Positions 45,974-59,717 of a stretch of 64,000 nt of DNA are shown piece after piece (positions within the stretch are counted from its first letter, which is position 1; each line of letters starts with the position of its first letter). The stretch is from the human T2T-CHM13v2.0 reference genome, Homo sapiens. The notes beneath the pieces were generated by a model, which did no database searches, was not told the DNA's origin, and was given only the letters and a program-made list of their open reading frames with translations. Position numbers and translations under genes: made by a program. The DNA lies in NCBI RefSeq assembly GCF_009914755.1, contig NC_060929.1. One strand, 5' to 3'.

Positions 45974-46224
45974 AGGTCAGGAGTTTGAGACCAGCCTGGC
46001 CAACATGGTGAAACCCCGTCTCTACTAAAAATACAAAAGCTAGCCAGTTGTGGTGGCGGGTGCCTGTAATCTCAGCCACTTGGGAGGCTGAGAATCACTT
46101 GAACCCGGGAGGCAGAGGTTGCAGTGATCTAAGATTGCGCCACTGTACTCCAGCCTAGGCGACAGAGCGAGGCTCTGTCTCAAATAAAATAAAATTAAAT
46201 TAAATTAAATTAAATTAAATTAAA
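45974..46224 (+). mobile_element. 5'-truncated Alu with (TAAAT)n tail
   Basis: Starts at aggtcaggagtttgagaccagcc; pentanucleotide tail at 46183-46224. Confidence 0.93.
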
Positions 46225-47252
46225 GGGCTTCCTTTCCTAGCATTCGTGGAAAATAACTGAGATGTGGAATTCTGAAAGTCCTCTTCCACTGCCTATATAA
46301 CAGTGATCATTTGTCACTGTGCAGGGGTCATAGGGGGCAGGGGGGTCAAGGGTCAGTGCTGCCAGCACAGACACCCCAGAATCTCACACAGAGAAAAGCT
46401 ACCACAGCCTGTTACTGGTCGACCAGCTCTCTCCCCTTCTAATGAGGTCAAGTTGCAGTTATTTTCTTGCGCTCTGAGCCCCACACTTTCTTTCTTCATG
46501 TGAATGTGGATTTTCAAGAAAGAAAAGAAAAAACAAGACCTCTTTGTGATTCTCATACTATTTTGATTCTAAGTATAATGGTTGTTATGAAATAACCCCT
46601 TTAAAAGAAAACTACACCACAATGAACCAGCTACCCTTATATAATCAGAAAATGTAAATATGTTATAACAACAAAAAGAAAAAGTCTTTTTGTGGTCAAG
46701 ACCAAAGTTACCTGTATGCATTATTCACAATAAAGGCAAACCAGACTTGCTCCCAGGCCCACAAACTGAAGGGGCAGCCTTCTCCTCTGCTCCCTGCTCT
46801 GCATCTTGCAAACAGGGAAATGAGATCTGGAGGGTTCTTTTGGCTCCTTATAACCAGAAAATGAAAATTGGACCCTGCTGAGAGTCACAAAAGCCCCAGA
46901 TGGGCATGTGTCCACTGGCAGGCATGGTTACTTCTACTCAGTGACTTAACAGCCCTCATCACTGATGCTTGTTCTCCCAACTCCTCTGAAATAAGGGAGG
47001 GTGGGACCCAGGAGTCCCTAATCTCAGGTGGCTCACATTGCCTGGTTCCCCCATCAAATTGGCCACTCGATGAGCTGGAGAAGATTCACAGACACTTATA
47101 TGGGAAACTGAGCTAAGCCAGGTGGTAACTCTCACTAGGGGCTGGCCAGGGGACTGGACACATGGTTCCAGCCAGCTGTACCACTCAATAACTATTTGAC
47201 CCTGCCTGGACTTATCCCTTCTCTCCCCTGGGCCTTTGTGGGTCCACATTTG

Positions 47253-47255
<3 letters not shown>

Positions 47256-47308
<53 letters not shown>
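47256..47308. repeat. (TG)n microsatellite
   Basis: About 26 perfect units. Confidence 0.97.
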
Positions 47309-47310
<2 letters not shown>

Positions 47311-47424
47311 TGGCAGGGAAGGTCTGGCCCAGACATTCTGTGACCATAACCAACTCTCCCCATTCCTGCATAGCATCAGGTAGTGAGTGGCTGTCTGGGC
47401 ACACCAATACAGTGAACCATAGTG

Positions 47425-47545
47425 CAGCCCAGTGTTTAAACTATGGACTTTAAATGCAGATAAGCCTAGGTTCAAGTCCCAGTTATGCCCCTTAACTTCT
47501 CTAAGCTGCAGTTTCAGCCTCTATAAAATAGGATAAAAAAGGAGA
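47425..47545 (+). mobile_element. MIR fragment
   Basis: ggttcaagtcccag...cagtttcagcctctataaaatagg. Confidence 0.65.
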
Positions 47546-48579
47546 TTGCAATAAGAAAATGGCTGTGAGTGTTAGCATAATGACTAATAGTGGGGAACCC
47601 AGGCAGGAAGCTCTGCTGTACCATTCGTGCCCTGAGGATATCCCAGCCCCATGTTCCGCCAACAGTGGAGACAACTTATACACAGCATACAAAGTAATCA
47701 GAGTCAGACAAGAGAATTTGACTTACAATTCAATCATCCAACTCTAGACAAGAGAGCAAACCGGAACCACCTCAGGGAGCCTAGTCTTCATTTTGTAATA
47801 AGTTAGTGAAGAAAATAAATACAAACTATCAATTTTTATCCTAGTCATAATGAAGTTTATTAGAAGGTATAATTGCTATGAAATAGAACTGACAATGATT
47901 AAAATTCCACACTGCACACTTTGTTAGAGCTAAAAGATATATATATATAAAAAGATCAAAATGTCCTAATAAAATTTAGATCTGCAAATATTTGTCCACG
48001 TAAATTGGATTTGAAAGAAACAATGGCCACACAAAAATTCACAATGGCAGAAGTTATAATGGATAGTTTGATAGATGTATTCAATCCTCCCTGTATAGTT
48101 TACACAAAACAGAATTAAATTCTTTGAAATAATTTTAGTAAAATTAGTATTACAAATAAGTTTACTAGACAGGATAGAAAACTGATGAAGGAATTAAACT
48201 AGTTTAATGAGGCTCACCTCAGAAAACCCACTATGTCTGCATTCATAAACACCAAGCCCAAGAGACCATGGTCAAAATACCTGTCAGGTCCACGCTCTGG
48301 GGACAAAATGCCCAGTGCTCACTAGAGGGCAGTATCCTGAGCCCAGTGGAGCTCAGACGTGTGAAGACAACATGTTGATTCTGCTCTAACTCTAGAGCCT
48401 ACCGTTTAAGACAGACATTCCTGGACACCATCCACCTTTCCAGCCATCCCTCCCACCTTCCCCCACACCCTGAAGTCAAACTGGATTATTTTAGCCTGGG
48501 TTCCTTCGTGTACATTATCCCCTCTGTCTGGCAGGTCTTCCCATACCCCACTTCCCACCCTTCCTTCAAGACCCAGCTC

Positions 48580-49260
48580 TTGCTCCTCCTCCTCATTGCC
48601 TCCCACATGGCCTCCATCCCCCTGCAAGCCAGACCTCACCCTTCCTCATAGGCTCCTCCTGCCAAAGTCACCAATGACCTCTTCGTTGCCAACTCCATGG
48701 AAACTCTCAGATTTCCTTCTCTACCCATCACTCCCTCCTTCTGGCAACCATTTCTTTCTAAGTTTCCATGACCCCTTGGGCAATGCAGTTCCTTTTGGCC
48801 AAGGGCAATTCCTAGAAAGGGATGCAGCTGTGAGCTGTTATCAACCTACACCCAGGATAGCACTCTCACTCTGTCCCAGTTGCCTGGAAATATCATTTTT
48901 ATTCTCTCTAAACATTCTGATGACCAAGAGCTGGTCCCGGGACAATAAAAGCAGCAATGAACCTGCCCCTCCACCTGCTATAGACAGGATACCACCATTA
49001 TCCTTCCTCCACCAGCTCTCTTGGCTCAGAAATGGCCCTAAACCCAAAGCAGTAAAACTCAAGCACCTCTTCCATCAGACCCTCACATCCTCTCCTCCCC
49101 CTGCCCACCACCTCTCACACATACTCTAGACCTCACCCACATTTCAGCATACCTCAAATCTTGGCATAAATGTGCACTCCCCTTTTTCTGCCTGATGGGC
49201 TTCTACTTGCATCTTCAAAATCCAGCCCCAGCATCACTACCCAAAGCACCCTTCTCCATG
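48580..49260 (+). mobile_element. L2 remnant
   Basis: gccaaagtcaccaatgacctcttcgttgccaa and pyrimidine-rich L2 3' region motifs. Confidence 0.5.
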
Positions 49261-49487
49261 TAGATCATAGCCAGCTCTCTGCTTTACAGGAGGACTGTTT
49301 CTTAGCACTGGGAGCTGAGACTCACCTTCCACAATGCTTTGGACTCCAAGGGGAGCACCTGGCGGGTATAAGCATAAAACAACCCTGTTCTTTCTCACAA
49401 CTGTCTCTCTTCATCAAACTGTGTTCAGCCCATCTTCTCTTCCCAGGGAGAAAATCTCTGGCAAATTTCACAGCTGTTTGGTCACTG

Positions 49488-50050
49488 TCATTTATCCATT
49501 TCACAAATATTACTGAATGCCTACTATGTCCCAGGTTGCAGCAACACACAATGAACAAAACAAGAAGCAAAATGCAACACAACAGAAACAAACTTCTTGC
49601 CTTCACAGAGCTTACATTCTAGTGGAATACACAGGCAGTAAGCAATACAGTGCAGAGCATGTTAAGTAGGGAGGAGGCAGCTGGCAAGAGCGGGCTTATA
49701 ATTTTAGTCAGGCTGAGAAAGTGGTGTTTGGGAGGAGACTCTAGGAGGAGAGGAAGGGAGATGCACAGACACCTCAGGCAAGGCATTTCGGGCAGGAGGA
49801 AGAGCAGGCACAATGTCCTGGGATGGGATGTGCCAGGACACCAGGGAACCTGGGTGGCAGGAGTGAGGTGGAGGGGACAGTAGCAGAAGATGCAGAAGGG
49901 GTCTGCAGGTCCAGTTCACATGGAGCCGTGCCATCATAGGACTGTGGCTTTTACTCTGTGTGGCAGAAAAGCCACTGGGGATTCCAAGCAGAAGAGGGAC
50001 CTGATTTGACCCACATATTAAGGGGTTCAATCTGGCTGCTAGTTGAGAAG
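49488..50050 (-). mobile_element. L2 3' end
   Basis: catttatccatttcacaaatattactgaatgcctactatgtcccagg...cttcacagagcttacattctagtgg... Confidence 0.8.
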
Positions 50051-50685
50051 GATCATAGGGTAATAAGTGCATAGCCTTTTGGTCAGAGTTTTAAAGCTCT
50101 AAATTCCACCAGTTTAAGGTTTCCTTCCCCCAGTTCCAGCCCACCACGGGAAGAGGGGTTGTCAGGGGCTTCTGCATACCCCACCTTGGTCTTCACTTCT
50201 TCTCACACCCACTGAGTGCACCTGGCCCTCCGGCATGGAGGTGGGGGAGGAGGGTGCGGGATAGAGGCAGGGAGGGTAGAGTTGTGATTTGTCATTGGTG
50301 CTGTCTGGACATAGCAGGTGCTATATCCGGAGCATTTCTTCTATAGGCATTGTGGTGAGGTTTTTTTCTAACAGATCTTTCACCATCCCTGGGGGGTTGT
50401 AGTGGGAGGGTCTCTCTCTTGCAGTCCTCTGGCATGGATAATGCCTCCTCCAGCTGCCCACTTCAGAACCCCCTCAGTAACCAGTTTCTGGGAATCTACC
50501 ATGTACACAGGAGTCAGCTCACCCCGCCCCAGACAATGGTCTCATGTGAAGCCCCTCTCAAGTGGCCCCCATCTAACTCTTCTCTTTCAGTGAGAGCCAT
50601 ATCTGGCTCGCCATGCTTACAAGAATCCTGGGCAATTCGCCCCCAGAGACTCTAGAATTGCCAGGCCCCTCCCATTTAGCAAAAT

Positions 50686-50746
50686 CCTGCACAAATGGTC
50701 TAACCTGCACAAATGGTCCTGCACAAATCCTGCACAAATGGTCTAA
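50686..50746. repeat. Local tandem repeat, 4 x CCTGCACAAAT(GGTCTAA)
   Basis: Units of 18, 14, 11 and 18 bp. Confidence 0.85.
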
Positions 50747-51032
50747 TCCAGTGAGCTTCATATGTAACTTCATATTTTCTAGTAACCACATTAAAGAATA
50801 AAAAGGTAAAAATAATTTTAATAATTTTTTTATCTCAGTATATCTAAGATGTTGTCATTTCAGTGTATAATCAATATAAACATTTATCAATGAATATTTT
50901 ACTTTTTTTCCATACTAAGTCTTCAAAATCCAGAGTGTATTTTATGCCTGCAGTGCATCTCAGTTTGAACCAGCTGTATTTCAGTGCTCAATAGCACGTG
51001 GTGATTGGTGGCTACAATACTAGACAGCACAG
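50747..51032. mobile_element. MER33/MER3-like hAT-Charlie element
   Basis: attttctagtaaccacattaaa...catactaagtcttcaaaatcc...tggctacaatactagacagcacag. Confidence 0.75.
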
Positions 51033-51659
51033 GTCTAACCGCTTGCTTTAGAATGTGGGATACTTGGCAGCTGAAATTTTGTTATCCACCTCGGAAGCCT
51101 TAGCTAAATGCTAAGAAAACAGGAAAAGATGGATTTGGCGTCATGCTACATGTTTGCTGAGTTAACTGATTCCAGCAGCCCCACCCTCATGGAGCACTCG
51201 GCATGGTGGGGAGAACAATCTAGGGTGCCCTGAACTTCTCTCAGAGGAGTGAGTAGAAGGAGCTGGGAACACAGAGCTTGGAATGCGAGGCAGTGAAGAC
51301 CTCAGACAAAGACACCCGAGGCTCTTCTAGTTGATTCAGGGATGCATCATTTGCATGATTTCCACATAAATTTGAATGTTGAAGTCAAGAGGTGGTAACT
51401 CCACAGATGTACAATATAAAATGAAGCTAACTAATTTGTACCACCTACAAGGATTTTAAATCCAAGGGCTTGACACGTGTGAAAGGCAGTCAATCTCACT
51501 GCTATGGAATGAGAGCAGCCTGGAGCCCTGTGAGAGCTAGTAAAACAACTCATTATATATGTTGTATGCACACACTCTTAATACACAGTTTGGTTACTTT
51601 GAGTCAAGGGAGTCGGCATAGGTAATGTTTGCTTTTATTTCCTTTGATTATGAATAAAA

Positions 51660-51830
51660 GCAGTAGCAGCAAATACTTATGGGACGTACTTACCATGTAC
51701 CAGGCACTAAGGTCGATCCTTTACATCAACTATCTGATTTCATCCTCATCAACCACTCACTGAGGGATGTGCAATTATTATTCCCATTCTACAGACATGG
51801 CAGCTATAATTCAAAGAATTGAACTAGGAA
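51660..51830 (-). mobile_element. MIR SINE
   Basis: tacttaccatgtaccaggcac...attattattcccattctacaga. Confidence 0.65.
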
Positions 51831-51859
51831 GGTTGAGAATAGATATATCACTGAATTCA

Positions 51860-53240
51860 TCAATTTTTAGTTACTGTTAAAGTAGTCTTATCATAAAAAT
51901 CAATTAGAAAATACAAAAATAAATCTCATTCACAATATCAACAAAAAATATAAAATGCCCTAAGAATAAACATAAGGAAAGTGGGGAAGGGCAAGACCTA
52001 AACAAATAAAACAACCAAGTTTACTACAAAAGAATATTTCAATCTATGTTCCTGGCCAAGAAGAACCAACACTCTTCTCCCAAGTAAAGGAAAAGATGTT
52101 GCCTCTCCCCAAAATAAGTATAAATTCAATGCAGATTTAGTAAAAATCCTAAGGGATATTTGTGACATTTGCCTACAAGTAATTGATATTCATTATAAAT
52201 AAAAAGCCCTTACAAGTCAATAGGAAAAGACAAATACTCTGCATTATTTATCTATTGCAGCGTAACAGATTACCTCCAAAATTTAGCTGTTTGAAATAAT
52301 AAACATGTATTATCTCACACATTCTAGGGGTCAACATTTTGGGAGGAGCTTAGCTGGGTGGTTCTGACTCAGATCTTCCATAAGGTTACAGTTAAGATGA
52401 CACCACCAGAGCAGTCATCTGAAGGTGTGGCTGGCTGGCAAGTTGATGCTGCTGCTGATAGCAGACCTCAGTTCTTCATAGAGCTGCTTGAATGTTCTCA
52501 CAACATGGTGCATACTGTCCCCTCAAGCAAACTATTTCAGAGGATGGAAACTGCAAGTTCTTTTATGACCTAGACTTAGAAGTGACTTATTACTTCTACC
52601 ACATTCTGTTCTTTAGAAGTAAATTGCTAAATCCAATTCACATTCAACGGGATGGGAATAAGGGTCCACCCTTTGAAGGGAGGAAATTCAAAAAACGTGC
52701 AAGGGTATTTTAAAACCATCACATACTCCAACAGAAAAATGAGCAAAAGACATAAACGGGAAATTCTGAAAAGACTAATAAATATATGAAAAACTTCAAG
52801 TTTGTTAATAACCATGGAGATGCAAATTAAGCAAGCAAATGCCATCAGACTGGCAGAGGTTAAAAAGAATGCCAATACTCAATGGTGGAGGTGGAATGGA
52901 AAATGGGCCCTCCTGTACATGCATAGTGAGAGCATAACTTGGCACAGCCCTTTCAGCGAAATGTGGTAATTCATATGCACTGATCTCAACATGTAACTAC
53001 CTCTGACCTACTCATCCAATTCTGGGAATGTATACTGACCCAAAAAATTCAGAAATGTGAGCAAATATTTACCTACAAAGCTATTTATTATGGCAATGTT
53101 TGTAACAGAGAAAACTTGTTAATGGCCTTAAAGTCCAACAATAGGGCCCAGTACTATGTGATATATACAAATATAGCACTATACAAGTATACAAAAAATT
53201 TTAAGCAATATACAAAAACATTTGTACCATATAATCCTAT
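51860..53240 (+). mobile_element. Degraded L1M/L1ME fragments, split by an MLT1 LTR
   Basis: aatgagcaaaagacataaac...ggagatgcaaattaa...; A-rich ORF2-like text. Confidence 0.65.
52241..52722 (-). mobile_element. MaLR LTR (MLT1-family)
   Basis: tatctattgcagcgtaacagattacc...ttaaaaccatcaca; same family pattern as 27240. Confidence 0.78.
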
Positions 53241-53625
53241 TTCCATGTTTCTCTAACTGTGGACCAAGGCACCCCAGGTGCTGCAGCTATTCATGCCGTG
53301 GGATATTTTAGATTTTTGAAGGAAACACAGGTCTACTTAACATTGTTGGATGCCACATGAACTACTAGTTGAGTTAGTTCACCGTTTCAACACTAAATGA
53401 TTCTACATTCTATTGTAGATGAGATGAGAGGTGATTTTTTTATTTCCCACTGTGCTTCTCTGTTTAATAAGGATGGCAAAAAACAAACAAACAAAAACAC
53501 ATACAATGAAAACACTGGATGCCAAGATGTGTTTTATGTCTGGCTGCTGTGGAAAAACCAAACAGGCTGAGCTCTTTTTCTCCAGTTCCCACTTCATCCC
53601 TACCCGGCTTCCCTGGTTCTTGCAG

Positions 53626-53807
53626 ACAGTCTATGAGGACAGTAAGAGACAGGGCCTGTCCCTGGAGATTGTACAGGGCTTGCAAGGACAGGCTGGTCCT
53701 GAGAGCATCAGCCCTGTCGTGACTGTACCCCAAAGAGGCATCAGGCCCTTTGGGAAGTTGGACAGGAACACCAGAATGGCCAGCCTTGACTGCAAGTCCC
53801 TGGAGTG
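53626..53807 (+). CDS. Candidate exon D of putative spliced ORF
   Basis: Acceptor ggcttccctggttcttgcag|A; donor GTG|GTGAAT. Encodes TVYEDSKRQGLSLEIVQG...MASLDCKSLE(W). Confidence 0.35.
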
Positions 53808-56079
53808 GTGAATGGAAGCCACAGAGTCACTAGATGTCTAAGGGCCACAGAGTCATTTCAGGGCTCCTGCTCTTCCAGTCTCACCAGAATTATGTGGTTC
53901 CTGGAAAGGGAGCAGAACCTCTACTTTCTAGGAGTCACTGACTGGCTACTGACTTCCTCATGGCCTTCACTGTCTGGTGCAACTGGTGGGTCTCTGCTGC
54001 CTCCATGCCATAATGTAAGAAAATGGTACCCCAGGGCTGAAGCCCCATCTCTATAGATGCACCATATTTGGGCCTTCTCACCTGACCTGGAGTGTCCAGA
54101 CAGGGCGATCTCCATTTAAGGGTAATGGGGGTAGCTCTCTGCCTCTTCCTTGCCCAGTGCACTCTGTCGTTTTCCCAAAATCCCATTTATACCATGGTCT
54201 TGGGCTTTTGAAAAATAAAAGCCAACAACAAGTCAGGCAGGTGACTTCTGCTTGCAGCCTGGCCACGCAGTTCCGCTGAGGCAACAAAACCCCAAGTCTG
54301 CTGCCTGCTAGAGTGAGAAAAAGGAAGAGGGGAAAAACCTAGAGAGGAAAAAAAAGCAAGAAAAATGAATATCTCAAAATATGATTCAGCCCACAGGCAA
54401 TATTTGCTCAGCCATGGTGGCTTGGTGTGTTAGCAAACCAGAAGAAGGTGAGTGGTATTTTATCCACTGACCTCTAGATTCAAGTCACACCATAAAATGG
54501 AGAACAGCATGGCCAACTCCAGGCAGAGGGATGTGGATAAGTGACCTTTGGGCCCAGCATGGCGGAAGCTCCTTGCACACAGACTTCATCCCGTTAGAGC
54601 TAAGCCGTAATTGATCACCGCAGCAAATCAATGTGAGTGAGGTCCCTTCCAAAGCTCTGTACAAACTGACTTCATAATGAAATATGAGCTTGTGAAGTTT
54701 CTCATTTTGTTCTATTCTGACATTTCTTGCAATGTGATTAAAATATAATAAGATCAAATAGAAAATACTATTTGCTCAATCACCTCCAAACCTAACACAG
54801 TCAATAGTCCAATTCCATCCAGGAAGAAGTCATTTCGAAGACTCCATAAAGAAGCCTACATTGAAATTTCATGTTCTCTGCTGTTACTGTGAAAAATTGC
54901 TTGTTTTAAATATAGGACAAATACAGGGTAGGCCAATTCTTGTTATAATAAATTTTATTCTAACATTCTCGGTAAATAAAATCTCCAAGCTCCAACCAAT
55001 GAATGGCTGCTTCAAGGTTCATTCAATAATACATAATTCCAGTCCAAATAATGATTTGCTCAGTTCCTTTGAAGTCTAATTCAAGCCCCATTTCCCCTGA
55101 GAAAACCCAGATTCCCAACAATCGTTTGCTTCTTCCAGACTTCTTAGAACATGCACAGCCTTAAATGTAGCCTAGCTGTTAGGTTTGTGTACCTTCTCTT
55201 CCAAGATTGACACAGCAGCCCCTCAACGTCAAGGGAGGCTCTACCCTTTCTTTAATGTCATCCAGAATGCCTGAATTCCTGGGTACTTGGCCCAGTGTTG
55301 GACAGGCTGGAGGTGCTTGACAGCTATTTACTGATTGAAAGAGGCTGTAATGATGGCATTTAACCCATGGCAAGCTTTCTAGCCATCCATCTCCTGTGCT
55401 ACTAGTCCGCATCACACCAGTCATTTCTAGTGAAGACATTATGTTATCCTCCGAGACCTCGACACACACAATCATTTTACACATTGTCAGCTGCATCTAT
55501 TAATTTTCTTACTGTCAGAGACAGTTAAGGGAGCCTTTGTGGAAACATCTGAGGATTTGTAAAATGGAAGCCTGTTTGTTTGGCTTCCCCTGACACACAG
55601 GCTAAGAAACTGTGCAATTTTAAGTACCAGAGTGAGCTGTATGACTTACAGATAATTGACTCTGGGAGGCAAGAACACAACTTGGAAAGAGAATTTTCTC
55701 TCTTCACTAGTATTTTCCAGTCTACAGACCATTTGAAGAATGAACCTAAATCTTCAGGTTGGATTTTTCTAGATCTAGACCACCCTCAACCCCCAACATA
55801 CCACAGGCTAGGCCAGCCTCTAGACCTGAGCACCCCAACAATGCAAAGAGGGTCTTTCCATGCTTTTAAAGGGACCTACGGTGACTGGACTAAACAAGGG
55901 CCCAGCACAGGTCAGCTTGTAGATTCCAACCTCTCTGGACAAGCAGAGAACTAGCCCTCAAGTCATAGCCCCAAACTTTCATTTTCACCTCCTTTGGAAT
56001 GTAGTCCCAGAACATAGACTATAAAGTCAAATAATCAACTTTTAGGACTGAGAGGATCCTTAGAAACTAACGTGTCCTG

Positions 56080-56520
56080 GCCCTGTATATCAGTTGGAAA
56101 GCACTCGATGCAAGAATCAAAAAAGCCAAATCAAACTGACTTGAATGATAAAGGGATTTATAGACTCGTATATCCAGAAGGTCCAGCTCCATTTCCTTGT
56201 AATCCTCTCTGCTCTGCTGCCCTCCATGTGTTAATTTTATCTTCAGAGCAGGTTTGCTCATGGTCCCAAAATGGCCACCAATAGCAACCAGGACTCCATG
56301 CTTCACTTTTTACATCCAAAGGGAAAGAGAGTGTCATTTCCGAGACCACTGAACTAAAGCCCTAGACTTTGTTCTGACTGGACCATCTCTCCCTCTCTCT
56401 CTCTATCCCTCCAGCAAGTGGGAAGTGGGATTTCCCTGACTCACTTGGACCAATCAGGTCCACCCAAAGCATGAAGCTGCTGGACCTGGGGAGGGTGAGA
56501 TGGATACTGGCAAGGCACCC
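56080..56520 (-). mobile_element. Old MaLR LTR (MLT1K/L-like)
   Basis: tgtatatcagttggaaagcactcgatgcaagaa...aaactgacttgaatgataaagggattta...caaaatggccacca. Confidence 0.55.
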
Positions 56521-57442
56521 ATGGTGTCCATTTCCTCCTGCATCTGAGCAGGATGGCACTAAGCCCTCCAGCCTTCATCCTCTTCCTAACAGTTCTGTCT
56601 CCTTCCTTGGAAATGGCTTTGGGTCCAGGAGCACTGTCTGTGATGGCATTCAGTTTAAGCCAAACCTCAGGAGTCCTAGGAATGCTGAGAACCACTCATC
56701 TCCTCTCCAGGACTGTGAATCCTGAAATCACCAGTACTTTGGACATGAATTCCTCTATTCAGTAGGACATGCCCAATAGCCCTTGTAGGTGTGTCTAGAA
56801 CTCTGGGATAGGCCACTGGCCATGTTTACCTACAAGAGTAGCCAATTACTGCTCTTCCATTGAGAGTATGTTAAGCCAGTCTTCTCATCTCAGCCCTTCA
56901 ACATCTTGGAATTAATTAAGTGACTCTAACAACTGACTCTTATTCTCTAAAAAGGGCCAGATCATCAGCTTAGGGCACAGATGGAGCCCTAGCTCCTCCT
57001 TCCTTGGTTTTCTTGACAAATAATTCCCTTCGTGCATTTATCTGCATTACAGATGAACCTCTCATGACGGTCCCACAGCCCCTCTGAGCCTCCTCCATGC
57101 ATTTTCCAGGCAGACCTGGCTCCCTGTGAGCATCTGCTGGACCAGCTGACTGCACAGACCCATAGCCCAGACAGCAGGATCCCATCCAGCACATTCATCT
57201 GGGCCTTTGTTTCCCCAAGTACCTTCATTTTATAGTTTATAAAGCCTCATCACAACTCCTCCCCACCTCCCCCAACCAACCCTGGGAAAAGGAAAAACAG
57301 ATATAGCTAACCATTCTTCAAAAAGAGAGAGACTGAAATATGAAGTGAGGAGGCAGGTGATCTGAGGTACCCCAAGGGCAAGAGGCAGACCAAGACCCCA
57401 GGCCCCTGACCCTTCTCCACCTCTGCTGACTGCCTTGTTCAG

Positions 57443-57635
57443 GCAGCCCCTGGCAATACTTCTGGAACAGAAAAACATGGCAGCAGACGGGCCCGTGCTC
57501 AATTCACCAGAGCCCAAGCCAGCCCAAGGCAGCTGCTTCCTGCTACAGAGAGTCGCTTCAGAAGTGCTTTGTGCTACAGTCCCTGCCCGTGGCATCCAGG
57601 GCTGGCCAGAGCCCAAGCCCTCCCCAGGCTCAGAG
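57443..57635 (+). CDS. Candidate exon E of putative spliced ORF
   Basis: Branch-like ctgac plus acceptor tgccttgttcag|G; donor GAG|GTAACT. Encodes QPLAILLEQKNMAADG...PKPSPGSE. If unspliced, the frame stops at 57713. Confidence 0.35.
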
Positions 57636-59717
57636 GTAACTGTTCAGAGAGTGAGCTTCAGAAAAGCCAATTTGTCTTTCCTCTTGCAGTCTTTACTTTG
57701 CTTATTGCTTTGAGATTTCTTTTGCAGTGATGTGGGTCTTTGATTCACAGTTTGGGTCTTTGGTGAACACTGCCTTTTCCTTCCTCCTTCCTGCCCAGCT
57801 CCCAGCCCAGCCTTCCTAGAAAACCAAAGTAGCCTCTTTCCTTCAGGAAGATGCCAGGCAGAGGGCTCTGGGATCAGAGCAGCCCAGGTTCAAGTTCTGG
57901 TGTGGCCATTTTCTTCTTTCACCTATTGAATCACTCAGCCTACAAATACACAGCGGGCCCGTATGATGCACCAGGCATGATTCCAGGAGTGGGAACCTGG
58001 GGACCCAGCAGAGAACAAGCCAAAGGTCCCCTTCATGAGGCATCTCATCTCCTGAAACCATGCCATAGGCAAGCCAAAGAATTAGCTCCCCCAATTCCTT
58101 GCAAATCCAAAGAAAAGCCCTAGACTTTCTCCCCCAAAACAATGCACCTAAGCACAGGCACATAAAACCATGTGCCTTTTCAGAGGGCTGGTGGATCCCT
58201 GAAGCCCACAGGTGGACTCCTGGGGGTCTGAGAACACCAGGTTAGAAACCTCTGAGCAAAGAGAAAGCTGGTACAAGGCCCTCTTCAGTGGGCAGAGCTC
58301 TCTAAGGGTTCTGTTCAAATACCACCATGATCTGTCAAATTCCTTCCATGGATCATAGACACATTCGATCCGAATCTTCAGATCTTGACTTTCCTGCATT
58401 CCAAAGACAGATTCTTACAGGTGAGCCTCTTAAGATAAAAGAGTAGAAGAAATATGCATTCTGGAATGTGAACTAACTGCCCTGTGGGATTTGGGGGTAG
58501 AACATCCACATCAGACTTGCAAATTATCTTTTCCTCACATACGTGGGGTAACAATTTTCTCCAGGTGAGCATGAATATGCTGCGCTTTATGCCGTCCCTA
58601 TGCTCTGGAAAAGTTATACCTGAATCAAAACCTTGCAAATAAAACCACTTAACATGCACTCAGGGAGCTTGCTACTTTATAAAAGCTGGCAATGAATTCT
58701 TCTGCGAAGCAAGGGAAACTTTGAAATGTGCAAATTATTTCTCCTCTTTGTTGAAGTGGATTTCTGTAGAATGGGTAACTATAAGTGAATAATGCCAGTG
58801 GGGAGAGGGGGAGGTTAAAGCATAAGGTTTCTATTTATCATGTATCTGTGCATCCAGGAAGAGTTTTTCATAGAAAATATTACTTTGTATTATCTGTTTC
58901 AAAAACCAAATGAACCAGTATACAACTAAATTTTTTGATGTGAAGAAGACAGACAGGATGTCCGGGGACCTAATTCATCATGAAGGCACCCACCATGGAG
59001 GACAGAACAGGAAAAGGGGCAGACATTCAAAAAACCTTGAGTCCAAAACAGCACTGGGTGCAGCCAGCAAGGGACACCTCACTGACTACTGACCAGCTGT
59101 GACCTCAGGCCAACATCAGGGCCTGTGCCCCTGCAGAGCCCAGGGGATCAGCAATGGAAGAAGTCTGGCTATCAGTGTGAGAGAGTCCATCAGTGATTCT
59201 TGGGAAGGCCCTTGAATGGCAGGAAGGGAGGAGAGGTGGGTGAACAGAGGCCGAGCACAGTGGAAGAGGGAGGCTACAATAACAAGAGACAGGCACCGGC
59301 AAATGTGGTAGGGAGGGGTAAAGGATTGGAGCCTATTAGGAGGTTAATATGGGGTGAGTTTCCAAAGGAAAAGCAGAGATAAGATTATGCCATTACCCTG
59401 AAAATTCATTAAGCAGCAGCAGCCATTTAGGAAGGAAGAGACAGCTGAATTCCAGCTGAAATTAAAATTGTAATCAAGTCAAGAGAGCCACACTGAGACA
59501 GCAGCCATGGCAGGATGGAGCAAGAGCTGTGCAGGAAAGTTTCCCCACCCAGATGATGGGCGCTCCCTTCAATCTCTCCGGCATATTTTCAAACACCTAC
59601 CAGATATGTACCCACACTGAGGAGGGGACCCATAAGGAGGAGTGACTTTGCCAGATAGGTGCCAGGCAGAGTGTAGGTGCTCAATAAATGCTGGAGGGGT
59701 GAATTACTGCATAAATG

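Noticed and set aside
46959-47475. His-Thr and Cys-Val repeat ORFs
   Set aside because: Artefacts of the (TG)n microsatellite.
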